A DNA stretch of 64,000 nucleotides from Octopus vulgaris (GCA_951406725.2 OX597817.1:26412001-26476000); one strand, 5' to 3'. Shown: positions 23,657 to 36,847, numbered from the stretch's first letter. The notes: generated by a model not told the origin, from the letters alone. Numbers and translations: made by a program.

Positions 23657-25400
23657 TGAGTGAGAGAGCAGTGCATGTCATCAAAGTGACACTGGGGTAA
23701 AATATACGAAGCCCAGCATACCCATCATGACTACTCGTCCGATAAGGGTACACCAGGCACATGCATCACGAACATATGTGTGCGACATGGTGATCTCAAA
23801 TCAAGATAAACAACATATGACCTTGCAGTTGAGGCCCAGTTAGAATTTTCTTCAGGATGAGTAGCCCATCCCACTCAAAAGGTCCCTGAATAAGGGTTTT
23901 TTAAGGATGTTGAACGAAACATTCATGTTTCCAAAGGTGAATTATCCAAACCCTAAAGAATTCCTTTCAACACATGGCTATGATGTTACCCACTATTTCT
24001 GCTCATGATCAGAGATGCACATATCATCAACCACTAAGAGACATGCTCAACTGGTTAAAGTCAAACAACTGACAAACAAATCTGTGGTATTGAGCAGAAT
24101 ATTTGCTGTAGCCCATCTTTTATACCAAGACAAAACAATGCACATGATAACATTTCCAATCAGTTAAGATCAGAAGCCATGAGAGCCACTGCCTGAGGAT
24201 GTGTACTGTGCTTAGCAATGCTCTTGTCTCTATGTTATGTATATCAGTAAGTCCTGATGTTTTGGTTATATATTTGTCTGCATGTCTTTTAAACATGCCT
24301 AATGCACCTTTTATTATAGGGATTATTTCTATTTTTAAGCTCCACATTTGGATTGTTTCTATTTCTAGATCTTCATATTTCAAGAGCTTCTCAATCTCTT
24401 TTAGAGATAAATTGTTATCTGTTGGAGCTAATATATCGATTAGAAAGCATGTTTTTATATAGTTGTCCCTAACAACAATATCTGGCTATTTGCCTTGATT
24501 TCTCTGGTTTTTGTATATTTGCATTTTTGTATATTTACATTATATATTTGTAATTGTCTACAATCTTTTCTGGGGTATGCTTATACCATCTTTTTCCTGT
24601 TATCATCCCATAGTGTTGGGACAACTTACAGTGCATAAAAGTCCCAATTCTATCATGTTTGTGGATATATTCCTTCTTGGCTGGGAACAGACAACTAATA
24701 TGATTTATTGTTTCTTCCCCACCACCACATATTCTGCAATTATTTATTGTATATTTTCCCTACATCATGTGTTTTTGGTGATTTAATTACGTTACAATTT
24801 AAATGTCTTCTTCTCTACTTTGAGACCTGAACTTTTCAAGCAATGTTGAGATTTTATTTTGTCTATTTCCTATCCGCTTTAACTCAGATTTTAGTGAAAT
24901 TTATAGCTTTTGATGTTTCTTCTTTTTCTTCGTATTTGTCAGGTGTTATGATCCTTACCTTGTATTTTTTATTTTCCTTCGACAGAAAACTGTTTTTTAG
25001 TCTTGCTCATACTTTGTGGTTATATGTGTCAGTTTTCCTTGGTTCTGACGTAAATAGTTCTGTACTCTTACGGCAGATATTTTATAATAGTCTTTTAGCT
25101 GTATGAGGCCTCTACCACTTTCAATTTTTTTATATACATAACATTTCTATGTCAGATTTTGGGCGGTGTATTCTAAATTCCATCATTAGTTTTCTTGTTT
25201 TCTTGTTTAGTTTCGTTAGTTCATTTAGTGTCCCATTAAAAATACAGTAACAGTAACTTATAAATGATACAGCTAGAGTGTTGACAGCTATAATCTTACT
25301 TTTCACCTTGGGCTCTATTTTAAGTATTAATCTAATTTATCTGTAATATTCTTTCATTTTTTCATTTATGTCTCTTGTATCATATCTAGTTCATTGATTC
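23657..25400 (-). mobile_element. Dong-like LINE, decayed 3' 1.7 kb (RT end, zinc knuckle, RLE, long 3' UTR)
   Basis: KYEDLEIE..MWSLK.EIIPII.GALG; (TAA)n at the 3' end. Confidence 0.85.
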
Positions 25401-25454
25401 ATAAGTATATATATGTTTATACATACATACATAAGTATATATGTATATATATTG

Positions 25455-25665
25455 TCAAAGAGAGGGAGAAAGAGCAGTTAAAGCTAAACTCCAACGTATT
25501 GAATGGCCATTGTTTTTTAAAACGAAAATAAAATAAAAACAAATGGCCTTACATCATTTTCATACCAAGGAGAAAAGTCTGTTTTATTTTATTTTATTTT
25601 AAAAAACAGTCGCCATTCAACACATTGGTGTTTGACTTTAACTGCTCTTTCTCCTTCTCTTTGTC
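25455..25665. repeat. Inverted repeat (about 85-bp arms, about 40-nt spacer) between TA and CA microsatellites
   Basis: GAGAAAGAGCAGTTAAAG...TTGAATGG versus CCATTCAA...CTTTAACTGCTCTTTCTC. Confidence 0.8.
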
Positions 25666-25759
<94 letters not shown>

Positions 25760-25873
25760 CATATATATACATAATTTGTCACTATCAGCCCAGTGACAGA
25801 TTAGAAAGTGTGTTTGAATGGGAATGAAGAAGTGTTTCTACTAGCTCTCCTACTATATATAAATAATATATGT

Positions 25874-26253
25874 GGATTTGCAATGGCCCAGTGGTTAGGG
25901 CTGCAGACTTGCAGCCATAGGATCACGGTTTTGATTCCCAGACCGGGGGTTGTGAATGTTTATTGAGCAAAAACACCTAAAGCTCCACGAGACACTGGCA
26001 GGGGGCAGTGACGAACCCTGCTGTACGCTTTCATCACAACTTTCTCTCACTCTTTCTTCCTGTTTCACTTGTACCCATATTTCAAAGGGCCAGCTTTGTC
26101 ACACTCTGTGTCACACTGGATCTACCCCGAGAACTATGTTAAGAGTACACATGTCTGTGGAGTGCTCAGCCACTTGCACATTAACTTCCTGAGCAGGCTG
26201 TTTTGTTGATCAGATCAACTGGAACCCTCATCGTCATAACCAACGAAGTGCCA
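25874..26253 (+). mobile_element. tRNA-derived SINE, head D plus tail X
   Basis: TGGCCCAGTGGTTAGG A-box; head shared with 42795 and 58064; tail shared with 36848. Confidence 0.85.
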
Positions 26254-26304
<51 letters not shown>

Positions 26305-26310
<6 letters not shown>

Positions 26311-26668
26311 TAAATGAAATAAAACATATATGTACGTACCTACCTCTACATGTACATATACACGCATATATGAGTACAGGACACCAAAGGGACGTCGAAC
26401 ACAAAGAGAAACGAAAACATAGACACAAACCAAAGGAACTGGACATTTTTTAAAAACAACAAAAAATGGAGTACAGGACAATTAACACAACGAAAAAACC
26501 CCTTCTTCAGTCGCTAAGGTTTCATCTACTCTACGTTTCGAAGGATAAAAGCGAGACGTATCTTCGACAAGAAACTTTCCTTCCTGCGAAAAGCAAATCA
26601 ATTAAAATTCTGAGATCTTTTCGCAGAGGGATAAAAAATGGTAAAAAAACAGGACAGTAACGACACTA
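26305..26668 (-). mobile_element. Microsatellite-embedded element, probably Penelope-type 3' end
   Basis: Bounded by (TA)n and (TG)n, CpG-rich, hairpins and CGAAACGTA on the minus strand. Confidence 0.5.
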
Positions 26669-27051
26669 CGTGTGTGTGTGTGTGTGCGTCTACATTTAGT
26701 CCTGTTTTCTTATTTCATTTTCTTTATCAAGTGTGATATTGTTATTATTAACTAGCTTACTAGCTTTCCTCATTTCAATGTTCTGGTTTCAAACTTTTTT
26801 CTTTGGTAAATCCATGCACTATCTGTAGCAGTATTTTCAGTTGTTTATCATTTGAAGTAGTACAGCTTGAGATCATCCATATAAAAGAGATGACTAAGGG
26901 TTTTACCATAGCAGTTACATTCACATCCACTTCTGTTTAGCATGTTCGTTAGAGACATTAGTTCCATACCAAACTGAAAAGGAATGGAAGGATCAAGTTT
27001 CCTTGGAATATTCCTCTTCTAATAGTGATGGCTTTAGTTTTATAATTCCCT

Positions 27052-27246
27052 CAATTGTCTGTTGTGACTGGCAAGCAAATCCGTGATATTGAGCAGAATA
27101 TTTGCAGCTGCTCATCTTTTACACTAAAACATGTACATGTGAACACTTCCAACCAGTTAAGATCAAAAGCCTTGAGACCCACTGCCTGGTATTGCATCAG
27201 GGCACTTCTCCTTCTTTTCCTCTTTTTCCTTCTTCTTCTTCTTCTT

Positions 27247-27312
<66 letters not shown>

Positions 27313-27857
27313 GAGTTCATACCATCAAAGTGACACTGGGTTAAAATATACGAAACCCAGTATACCCATCATGACTACCCGTCTGATAAGAGTACACCAG
27401 GCACATGCATCACAACCATATGTGAATGACATGGTGATCTGATATCAAGATAAACAGTGCATGACTTTGCAGGTGGAGCCCAATTAGAATTTTCTTCTGG
27501 TCGAGTAGCCTATCCCGCACAAAAGGTCCTTGAATAAGAATTGTTTAAGGATGTTGAACGAACGACCCATGTTTCCAAAGGTGAATTATCCAAACCTCTA
27601 AGAATTCCTTTCAATGCACGGCTATGATGCTCCCCCACTACTTCTGCTCGTGATCAGAGATGCACATATCGTCAGCCTCTAAGGGATATGCTCAACTGGT
27701 TATGGTCAAACAACTGACAAGCAAATGTTTGGTATTGAGCAGAATATTTTCTGTAGCTAATCTTTTATACCAAGAGGAAACAATGTACATGATAACACTT
27801 CCAATCAGTTAAGATCAGAAGCTACATGAGCCACTGTCTGGTACTGCATCAGGGCAT
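27052..27857 (-). mobile_element. Dong-like LINE 3' UTR pieces (27052-27206 and 27312-27857)
   Basis: Match 23675-24200. Confidence 0.85.
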
Positions 27858-27865
27858 TTATTATT

Positions 27866-27918
<53 letters not shown>

Positions 27919-28112
27919 TATTATCATTATTATTATTATCATTATCATCATCATCATCATCATCATCATTATTATTATTATCATCATTATTATCATCAAC
28001 ATCATCATCATCATCATCATCATCACCATCATCATTATCATTATTATTATTATTATCATCATCATCATCATCATTATTATCATTATTATTATTATTATCA
28101 TCATCATTATTA

Positions 28113-28143
<31 letters not shown>

Positions 28144-28168
28144 CATCATCATCATTATTATCATTATA

Positions 28169-28206
<38 letters not shown>

Positions 28207-28240
28207 CATCATCATCATCATCATTATCATCATTATTATC
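27858..28240. repeat. 380-bp compound (ATC)n/(ATT)n microsatellite
   Basis: Seen directly; source of the poly-H/Y/D/N/M ORFs. Confidence 0.95.
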
Positions 28241-28770
28241 TTCACACAAATCCATACACACACAGACACATATTCATGTGTGTATTCATATGTTATATTT
28301 GAGAGAGTGGAGATAAACAATTGATGGTGCATTATTTGGGTTTTGAACCAGCAATCAAAAATTGCAATTTTAAGTCATGGTATATATATATATATATAAA
28401 TATATGTTGGATGATTGCAGTGTTGTAGAAATACAGAAATGTAATATGGCTTTTATCATAAATAAAAGTGAATTACACCATAGATATAAAAACCTTCGGA
28501 TCTGGACTTTACTGCATCAAACTTGGAATACTCATCCATCTGTTATTTTTGTTGTCATTGTTATTGTTGTGGCTGAAATGTTTGAAAATAATGTATCACT
28601 ACAAAGCCTGCCTGTTGCATGCAGTTTCCTAATTAGTGATGCAGATCATGATCTAATCATTGCAGCAAAATTGATTTAGAGACAATATCAAACGATGATA
28701 GCCTTGTGGAAGCATGTGCCTTTATTTTAAAGGAAGAAATAAATAATATAGTTTATCAGCTCATCCATAC

Positions 28771-28916
28771 CTGATTGACTGAGCTGTATTTATCCATTCC
28801 ATATATCACAAATTATTCATTTCAAGAGAAGGCCTTTATTCTCTTTGACATCATTGTTATCGGAACGTTTCTACAAAACAATGTTTGTGATATTGCTGTT
28901 ATTATATTGATGATAC
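28771..28916 (-). other. Candidate spliced exon (non-coding or 5' UTR)
   Basis: Long polypyrimidine acceptor TTTCTCTTCACTCCTTTCCATTTATTGCTACAG|G and donor CAG|GTATGG; stops in all three frames. Confidence 0.3.
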
Positions 28917-29164
28917 CTGTAGCAATAAATGGAAAGGAGTGAAGAGAAATATCATTGCAAAGGGTATAGTGTACTTTTAATTTAAAACATTTTCTGACCG
29001 GTCATTTTACTATATTTTGAGATCTGTAGAACTATTCTACTTTCCTGTTGCTAACCCTCACCTGATACCAATTAAGTAATATTTCCTCATGACCAGGCAT
29101 GTTTCCATGTAAAATTCAAAACGAGGGACACTGCTTGCACGATGGTGGTATTTATTTACAAATA

Positions 29165-29397
29165 AGGCGAGCGAGCTGGCAGAAACGTTAGCACGCCGGG
29201 CGAAATACTTGCCGGTATTTCGTCTGCCGTTACGTTCTGAGTTCAAATTCCGCCGAGGTCGACTTTGTCTTTCATCCTTTTGGGGTCGATAAATTAAGCA
29301 CCAGTTACGCACTGGGGTCGATGTAATCGAATTAATCCATGTGTCTGTCCTTGTTTGTCCCCTCTGTGTTTGGCCCCTTGTGGGTAGTAAAGAAATA
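29165..29397 (+). mobile_element. SINE family B
   Basis: 18-bp TSD GGTATTTATTTACAAATA. Confidence 0.95.
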
Positions 29398-29589
29398 GGT
29401 ATTTATTTACAAATATCTCTTGAAGTCAAAGCAAGGAGACAATAACCGATATATACTTATATATACATACAGGGTATCACATGTAAATTCTCTCAGTGAA
29501 TTCTCTAGTGAGTTCACTAGAAGTTGTTGACAGTTCCTGCTAATTAGATGATCTAATTAGCAGTGGAGAAGTGTGTTTCAAGAGAGCAT

Positions 29590-30125
29590 TGTAGTTAGTG
29601 ACAGTAATGGCTGGAAAAGTTAAGAAAGCTATGATTTCTGTTGGCAGCAGAGGGACTCTCTATGCAAGTGAAGAGCTGATTGCTTAATGTTTGAGTATAG
29701 AAGAAAATGTAGCATGACAGCAAAATATGGGAACTGAATGCATGCAGAGGATGTGTGAGGGATTGAAAATATTCAGGCGAGCTATCTCAACTGGATGGTT
29801 ATGTTATTGTGCATTAATAATGATGTAGAATTAGCTGAGAGAAAAGCTAGGGGTAAAGTAAAGAAATGTTGGGTGAAAAGAGAGAAAACTGAGCTAGAAT
29901 AGACATATGAAGCTTATGGGGATGGTGATAGTTAATAATGTGTAAATAAATTAGAAGATACCAAAGAAGGAAGAGCTTGGGAGAAGTGATGAAATATGAT
30001 CTCAGAATTATGAAGCTTATAAAAGAGATTGCAAAGTATCATAAGAACTGATAAGATGCTATACAAAAGAAAACTCATCTCAATCAAACCAGGATATTAA
30101 AAGATGGTTGTAAAATGATGATGAT
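29590..30125 (+). mobile_element. Very decayed RTE-type LINE 3' remnant
   Basis: Purine-rich remnant ending GTAAAATGATGATGAT. Confidence 0.45.
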
Positions 30126-30129
30126 AGAT

Positions 30130-30733
30130 TTGGTGATGTGGTTAATAAGCTCACTTTGCAATCACATGGTTCCAGGTTCAGTCCCACTGCATGGCATTTT
30201 GGGCAGGTGTCTTCTACTAAAGCTTCAGGTTGACTAAGGCTTCGTGCGTGAACTTGGTAAGCAGAAACTATGTGGAGGTGGGCTGGCAGAATCGTTAGCA
30301 CGCCTGGTGAAATGCTTAGCAGTATTTCATCTGCCGCTACGTTCTGAGTTCAAATTTCACTGAGGTTGACTTTGCCTTTCTTCCTTTCAGGGTCGATAAA
30401 TTTAGTACCAGTTATGCACTGGGGTCGATGTAATCGACTTAATCCCTTTGTCTGTCCTTGTTTGTCCCCTTTTGTGGACAATAAAGAAAGAAGAAACTAT
30501 GTAGAGGCCCATTGTATATATGTGTGTGTCTTTGTGTTTGTCCCCAACCATCGGTTAACAACCAGCAAGTATTTGCATACCATATTCCTGCAACTTGGTG
30601 GTTCAGCAAAAGACAATGATAGAATTAGTACCAGACTTGAAATAAACATTGGCATCGATTTATTTGACCAAATCTTTTCATGTGATGTTCCAGCATGGCC
30701 AAAGTCCAATGTCTGAAACAAAAGATAAAAGAT
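30130..30733 (+). mobile_element. Old SINE A interrupted by SINE B (30279-30492)
   Basis: AGAAACTATGTRGAGG TSD around the B copy. Confidence 0.8.
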
Positions 30734-32111
30734 ACACAATTCACAGCCACATACAAAAATTCATATATATTCCTTGCATTTCTACACTCATTGCTTCATG
30801 CACATAAACCCACTCATCCATGTTTACACACACACACATTCCAAAATACATAGATGTCCATATTGATTTTGACTAGTTGTTTATGCAAAAAAAGCTTTTC
30901 AAAATCGGTTTGTAGAAACTCAGAAAAGCTCCGGTCCTCCAAACTAAAAAGAAGCTCTCCAGTTAAAACAGTGGAAGATTCTCCGGTTTGTAATTCAATA
31001 AGCATCACTCTATTTTGTGTAATTTGATTTCATTGATAATTAACTAATTGTGCAATGTACTGATCAGAATTGGTTTATGATAAAGGGAAATATCATATTA
31101 TAAAAAAAAATAAAAATTGCAGAGGAAATGAAATGAATAGTTTTTGAACCATGAAAAGCTGTAGAAATTCAGAAGAGATTTCTTTGTTTTTGCATTTTGT
31201 TTAGCTATGAATTTCATTCTTTTATATTTGATTTGATTTCCATTTTTTTTGTTTTTTGTTTGTATGTTTTTAATAGTTATTATTGGATTTTTGAGCAAAT
31301 CATGGCAGCAATTTATGATGTATATTAAGAATTAGTGTTCTTTTATGACATTTGAAAACCAATTATTTTCAGATTTCTGCTTAATTATGTATCAATATTT
31401 GTAAGTAATTGCTTGAGATTTATTTTGAATTTTCTTTTTTGTTTTCTGCTTGTAGTGCTTAATTTATTTTCTCCATGATTCAGTGTTAAATACAATTTAA
31501 TTCCATGCAATTTATTTTTAACTCTTATGGATCTTTACATTGATCTGACAATAGCATGACTCCAGGCAAACTGTACATTAGCAAACATCAAATCTTCAAG
31601 TTCCATAAGTCATCAACAAAGCAGTGAGACACAAAGAATTTTACAAGAGATTCAAAAGGCTCGCATTTCTTTTGATACATAAACTGTGACTCACAAATAC
31701 AGTCAAACCACTTATTCAATGTCAAACTGTGTTTTCTCTGCTTTCTCTGTTACTATTAGAATAGATTTTGCTTTACAAAACCTACTGATTGTATGTTTCC
31801 TCTACAAAAACTCAATCATTTCACCTGACTTATTTCATTCTATCCCTGTGTCTGCATCTTAAGTATTTATAGAATCATTTCCATCAAATATGTATCTCTC
31901 TAGAAACTCAACAGGTTTATGTTTTCCTGTATCTAAGTAATTTCCAATTGTTAAAAATTAGATATTAAGATTATCAATTTAACACAGCTGGCCAAATTCC
32001 CCAGTCAGGGAGAACCAGGATATGCTCTGAGCTGACCTTCCACTTGTTCAACAAGAAGTGTCTTTTTACCAAACAATCCATTTCAAAATGTTTACATAGT
32101 AAAAATAATGT

Positions 32112-32323
32112 TTCTTACTCTAGGCACAAGGCCTGAAATTTTTCGGAAGGGTGTCAGTCAATTAGATTGACCCCAGTACACAAATGGTTCTTAATTTATC
32201 GACCCTGAAAGAATGAAAGGCAAAATCAACCTAGTGGAATTTGAACTCAGTACATAAAGATAGACGAAATATCGCTAAGCATTTCACCTGGCATGCTAAC
32301 ATTTCTACCAGCTCGCTGCCTTA
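32112..32323 (-). mobile_element. SINE B'
   Basis: Head, central domain and GGCCTTGTGCC tail. Confidence 0.85.
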
Positions 32324-33469
32324 AAAATAATGAGTGAATAATAAGCTTAAAGCACTATCCTAATATGCAGAAACACTTCAACAATAAATGACTTATGACT
32401 TGGCATTTATACTCGTAGGCTTTAATTGTTAGTCACATAAAACTAAAGTGTGCTAGAATGGCAACTCTATACTTACATATCTAAAATTGCAGCTGTATAT
32501 GGTACTTCCAAGATGACACCTCAGTCATTTCAGAACAATGTGATATGAAATTGTAGTCTCTAATTTAAAATGTTGACATGATTTATAGTTAAATTGAGTT
32601 GATGTGGGTTTGTGTTTACTTTTATGTAAATAAATAGGCAAGAAAAATAAGCGCAAAAACAATAGCCATCACTTGCAAGTGAATATTCCCACAAGCATGT
32701 GCTATGCTTTCGCTAATTGGTTCAGGTACAGTTTGGAATTTATAGAACAACCGTTGACATTGGCTTATGCTTATTGTCCAACCCCATACATTGCATTAAT
32801 ATTCCTTGCACTTTCTGTTGTGGTGTTGCCTTTATTGAACTCATAAGGTAAAATAAGCTGAATATCCTCTTTTGCCACTTTTGCCACTTAGAAAAAATAA
32901 TTGTTAAATTCGAACTGCACTCTTCAAAACTTGCACTAAAAATAAGTACAAGGTAAAATTACTACCTGCTTTTATTGTAAGTCGATGAAGGTAGTTTATC
33001 CCATACTCCTTTGACTTTCAGTTCATGCAATTGAAAAATCTGCATCGTTTAAAGACTGCAGTGAGATTGAGTCATTAATGAGAGAGATTTAAATTGAGAG
33101 AGATTTAACAGTTCCCTAGGCATAAAATTGTGGCTGACAAGATTCCAAATAGACTGAAAATTGAAAGATGGTGATTGCAACGATGGTCAAATGGTGCACT
33201 TAAATGAAAAGGACAAATTCAGTCAACAGTATCCATAGCAATTCATTATGAGACTTCTTGCGATATCATTTGAACAGCTGGAAATAGCAGCAAAATGTTC
33301 CTTAAATCACACACAGCTGTCAATAAAATAATGATACTAAAAGTATGAGATTGCTTCAGATAATGTATGGGCTTCATAACACATGAAACTGGCTTTTTTA
33401 TACAGCCACAGAATGAAACATATTTTATTATAAACTTGACACTTATTATTAGTATAGAGTCATCATATC

Positions 33470-33692
33470 AGTTGCCCCAGTTCACTCAGCTGTAGAAATG
33501 AGTTGCAATGTCATTGGTTTCAAGCTGTATTGACCTTTCCTTTTCCCTTAGATAACATCAGTGGTCTAGAGAGAGGAGGTTGGTATGCATGGGCAACCAC
33601 TGGCTTTCTATAAACAACCTTGCCCAGACTTGTGCCTTGGAGGATAACTTTCTAGGTGCAACCCCATGGTCATTCATGACTGAAAGGAGTCT
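33470..33692 (+). mobile_element. SINE head G/tail Z, 5' truncated
   Basis: Reverse complement of part of 34326-34663. Confidence 0.75.
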
Positions 33693-34325
33693 AATGTACA
33701 TTCTTGGTTATACTCTAACCTTTCATCCTTGGACACAGGCTCCCTTCTCATATGCCCCTGCTTCTTTCATGGGAAGGATGATTGACAGGAGCTGGTCAGG
33801 TAGAAAACTACGCTAGGCTACTGTGTCTGTTTTGGCAGGGATTTTATAGCTGGATGCCCTTCCTAATACCAACCACTCAGCAGAGTGGACTGAGTGCTTT
33901 TTACATGGCACTAGTACAGGCGAGGTTGGTTTTAGCATGATTTTACAGTGTGGAGATGATTCTTTTTACATGGCACCAGTACTGGCAGATCTCCAAGTAA
34001 CTTGCAAGACAAGGAATTTTGGAAGAGGCAGGGGCATATGAGGAGGGAGCCTGAGTCAGAGCATGAAAGGTTAGAATGTAACCAAGAGACAGAGAAGCAG
34101 AAACAGATGTCTTACTATGACAGAGGGAGAATTGGAGGAGGTGATTCAGTGTCAGATGTTTCAGCTCACACAAAGCATTGCTCAAATGAGGGTATATCCA
34201 TTGGAGCATCTTTGGGACATCATGGGGACAAAGTCAAAAACAAAGCAATGCCTTTATACCCAATTTCTGTACACCCAAATTATTCATTTCTATTTAAGTT
34301 TATGCATGTGCTTCTGAACAAGTCT

Positions 34326-34663
34326 GAGACCCCCTTCAGTCATGACACAGACCATGGGATTGCACCTAGAAAGTTACCCTCCCAGGCACAAGTCTGGGCA
34401 AGGTTGTTTGTGGAAGACCAGCAGTCGTCCATGCATATCTGTCTCCCCTCTCCTTGCCACCAGTGTTATCCAAGGGAAAGGCAAAGGCTGATACAGCTTG
34501 GCACCTGTGACGTCACAACTCATTTCCACAGCTGAGTGAACTAGAGCAACGTGAAATAAAGTGTCTTGCTCAAGAACACAACACACAGCCCAGTCCAGGA
34601 TTCAAGCTCACAACCTCACAATCTGAAGCTCGACACTCTAACCACTGAGCCATGCACCTTCAC
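34326..34663 (-). mobile_element. tRNA-derived SINE, head G (CORE-like) plus tail Z
   Basis: TGGCTCAGTGGTTAGAG head; matches 59641-59980. Confidence 0.85.
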
Positions 34664-35802
34664 AAGTACTAATATATATATTAGTATACGCACATGCATG
34701 GACATATACGCAAAGCAAGATACTCCAAATACTTATCGATATAGATGTATGTACCGGTGAGTTTTATAATTTAGGGAGTGATAACAGAGGTAGAAATGAA
34801 ATGAGACTGGAGAAAGAAATGTGTGAGTGTCTATGGGCAGAAGCTGCTGAATCTTATAGCCATGAGTATAATAGTGATCTTCACAAACAAATTAATCTGC
34901 ACCAACATGAACTCACATTGCACAAGAAGAAAATATAAATGCAAAAAGTAAAAAAATATATAGATGAAAATAATTAAAGCAAAAGGTTTTCAGAAAATGT
35001 ACCGAACTCTATATTGTAAAGAATGTTGTGTTATTTGGTAGAAATTTTCTTCTTCTTCTTCTTCATCTTCTTTTTCTTCTTCTCCTCCTCTTCCCCTTCT
35101 CTTTCCCGTCTCCTTCCTCCTCCTCCTCTTCTTCTTTTTTCTTATTATCATTACATTGCTTTTTATCAGTGAAGGCCATTAATAAAAGGAATGTTAGTGG
35201 TGTGTATAAATATATATGCATATATATATATAAATGTATGTATATTACACACATACTCACACAGATTCATGTGTGTATATATATATATATGTGTGTATGT
35301 GTGTATTTGTGCATGTATATATATATATATATATTTACATACATACATGTACACATATAAATACACACATGCATACACACCAAATATATACACTAAATAT
35401 TGTGGCAGTGTCACAGGCACTTAAAAATTGGACTTTCAAAATAATTAGGCATATGCCAATAATATATTTTCATCCTCAATTAACAAAACAGATCTATAGT
35501 TACGAAAAGAATGTTCCTGGGGAATGAAAGGGAAAAATATGATTGATAAGAAAAAATGCAGCATTAGGTGAAGAAAAAATCATGTAAATAAATTTTTTTC
35601 CACAATGGAAACAACAATTGTGAAGAGGATAAGCAAAATAATACCAACGTTTATCAAAGTGAATGAAAGAAATTCCTCTGAACAACGGTAAAGTCCTTGA
35701 TGGCATGGACTGAAAATAGAAATGTATATACATATATATACACACATATATGCATACATACGTATATATGTATACATATATATATATACATGCATATATA
35801 TA

Positions 35803-35844
<42 letters not shown>

Positions 35845-35916
35845 TATATATATATACACATATTCATATATATATATATATACACACATATACATATATA
35901 TACATATATATATATA

Positions 35917-36127
35917 TTACGGAGATGTACTCACATAGCAAGTGATTTGATCTGAGATCGTGTGCTGGAACGAAAACAATTGCAGTGTGGAAGGTGTTTG
36001 TAAGCCATTTAAGAAACACACAAAAGCCGTTCGATTCACTTCAACATTTAAGTTTAATTTGTCAAAATATTTTCGTCGCTAAAATCCGCGACCTGTTCAC
36101 TGACAAAAATCCGTCCTACATCTGTAA
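35917..36127 (-). mobile_element. Short Penelope-type element in (TA)n with short inverted termini
   Basis: TTACGGAGATGTA...TACATCTGTAA ends; contains a hammerhead fold. Confidence 0.7.
36058..36107 (-). ncRNA. Minimal type-I hammerhead ribozyme motif, G3:C8 variant
   Basis: TTTGTCA-GTGAACA-g-GTCGC ggatttta GCGAC-GAAA-atat-TT-TGACAAA; perfect 7-bp stem I and 5-bp stem II; palindrome AATATT. Confidence 0.75.
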
Positions 36128-36371
36128 TATATATATAAATTTTACAAAAATTTTTGTATAAGGTTACCGATAATGGTTCTTTTATGATACTGAACTACTT
36201 GGTAAAATTATCAATTATTAATTGATTAATTAATTTTACTCTTTATTATTATTATTATTTTTATAATTTTATAATTGTTAAATTTCTAAATGTATATAAA
36301 TTATTTTATGTATTGGCTTAAGTCTTTCTTTGTTTGATTTGCATAATAGTGGTTTTGTCTCTAATTTAATA

Positions 36372-36411
<40 letters not shown>

Positions 36412-36499
36412 CATGTTTATTAATATTTGTTTTTATACCAAGTTATAATAAAAGCAATTTAACATTAACCTTATGAATTACTCAATATTATTTTGCAGA

Positions 36500-36732
36500 A
36501 TGCAGCGAGCTGGCAGAATCGTTAGCACACCGTGTGAAATTCTTAGCAGTATTTCGTCTGCCACTACATTCTAAGTTCAAATTCTGCTGAGGTCAACTTT
36601 GCCTTTCAATCCTTCCAGAGTCAATTAAATAAGTACCAGTTACACACTGAAGTCGATGTAATCGACTTAATCCTTTTGTCTGTTCTTGTTTGTCCCCTCA
36701 ATGTTTAGCCCCTTGTGGGCACTGAAGAAATA
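36500..36732 (+). mobile_element. SINE family B
   Basis: 16-bp TSD AATATTATTTTGCAGA. Confidence 0.9.
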
Positions 36733-36847
36733 AATATTATTTTGCAGAGCACATGTTTGTTAAGCTTCTACAAGAAGAGCGGTGAAAGTGACTTCAAAGT
36801 TTCAACTTGCTAGTCTGTATCTGACTTGTGGTATCCGTTTTATTAAA

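Noticed and set aside
27805-28332. Long poly-H/Y, poly-D/N and poly-M/I ORFs
   Set aside because: Translations of an (ATC)/(ATT) microsatellite
34002-34535. 177-aa ORF
   Set aside because: Runs across repeat remnants into an antisense SINE; no domain recognisable
36160-36210. Hammerhead-like TTACC-GATAA...GAAC...GGTAA
   Set aside because: Core is two bases short and GAAA is altered; cannot be assigned
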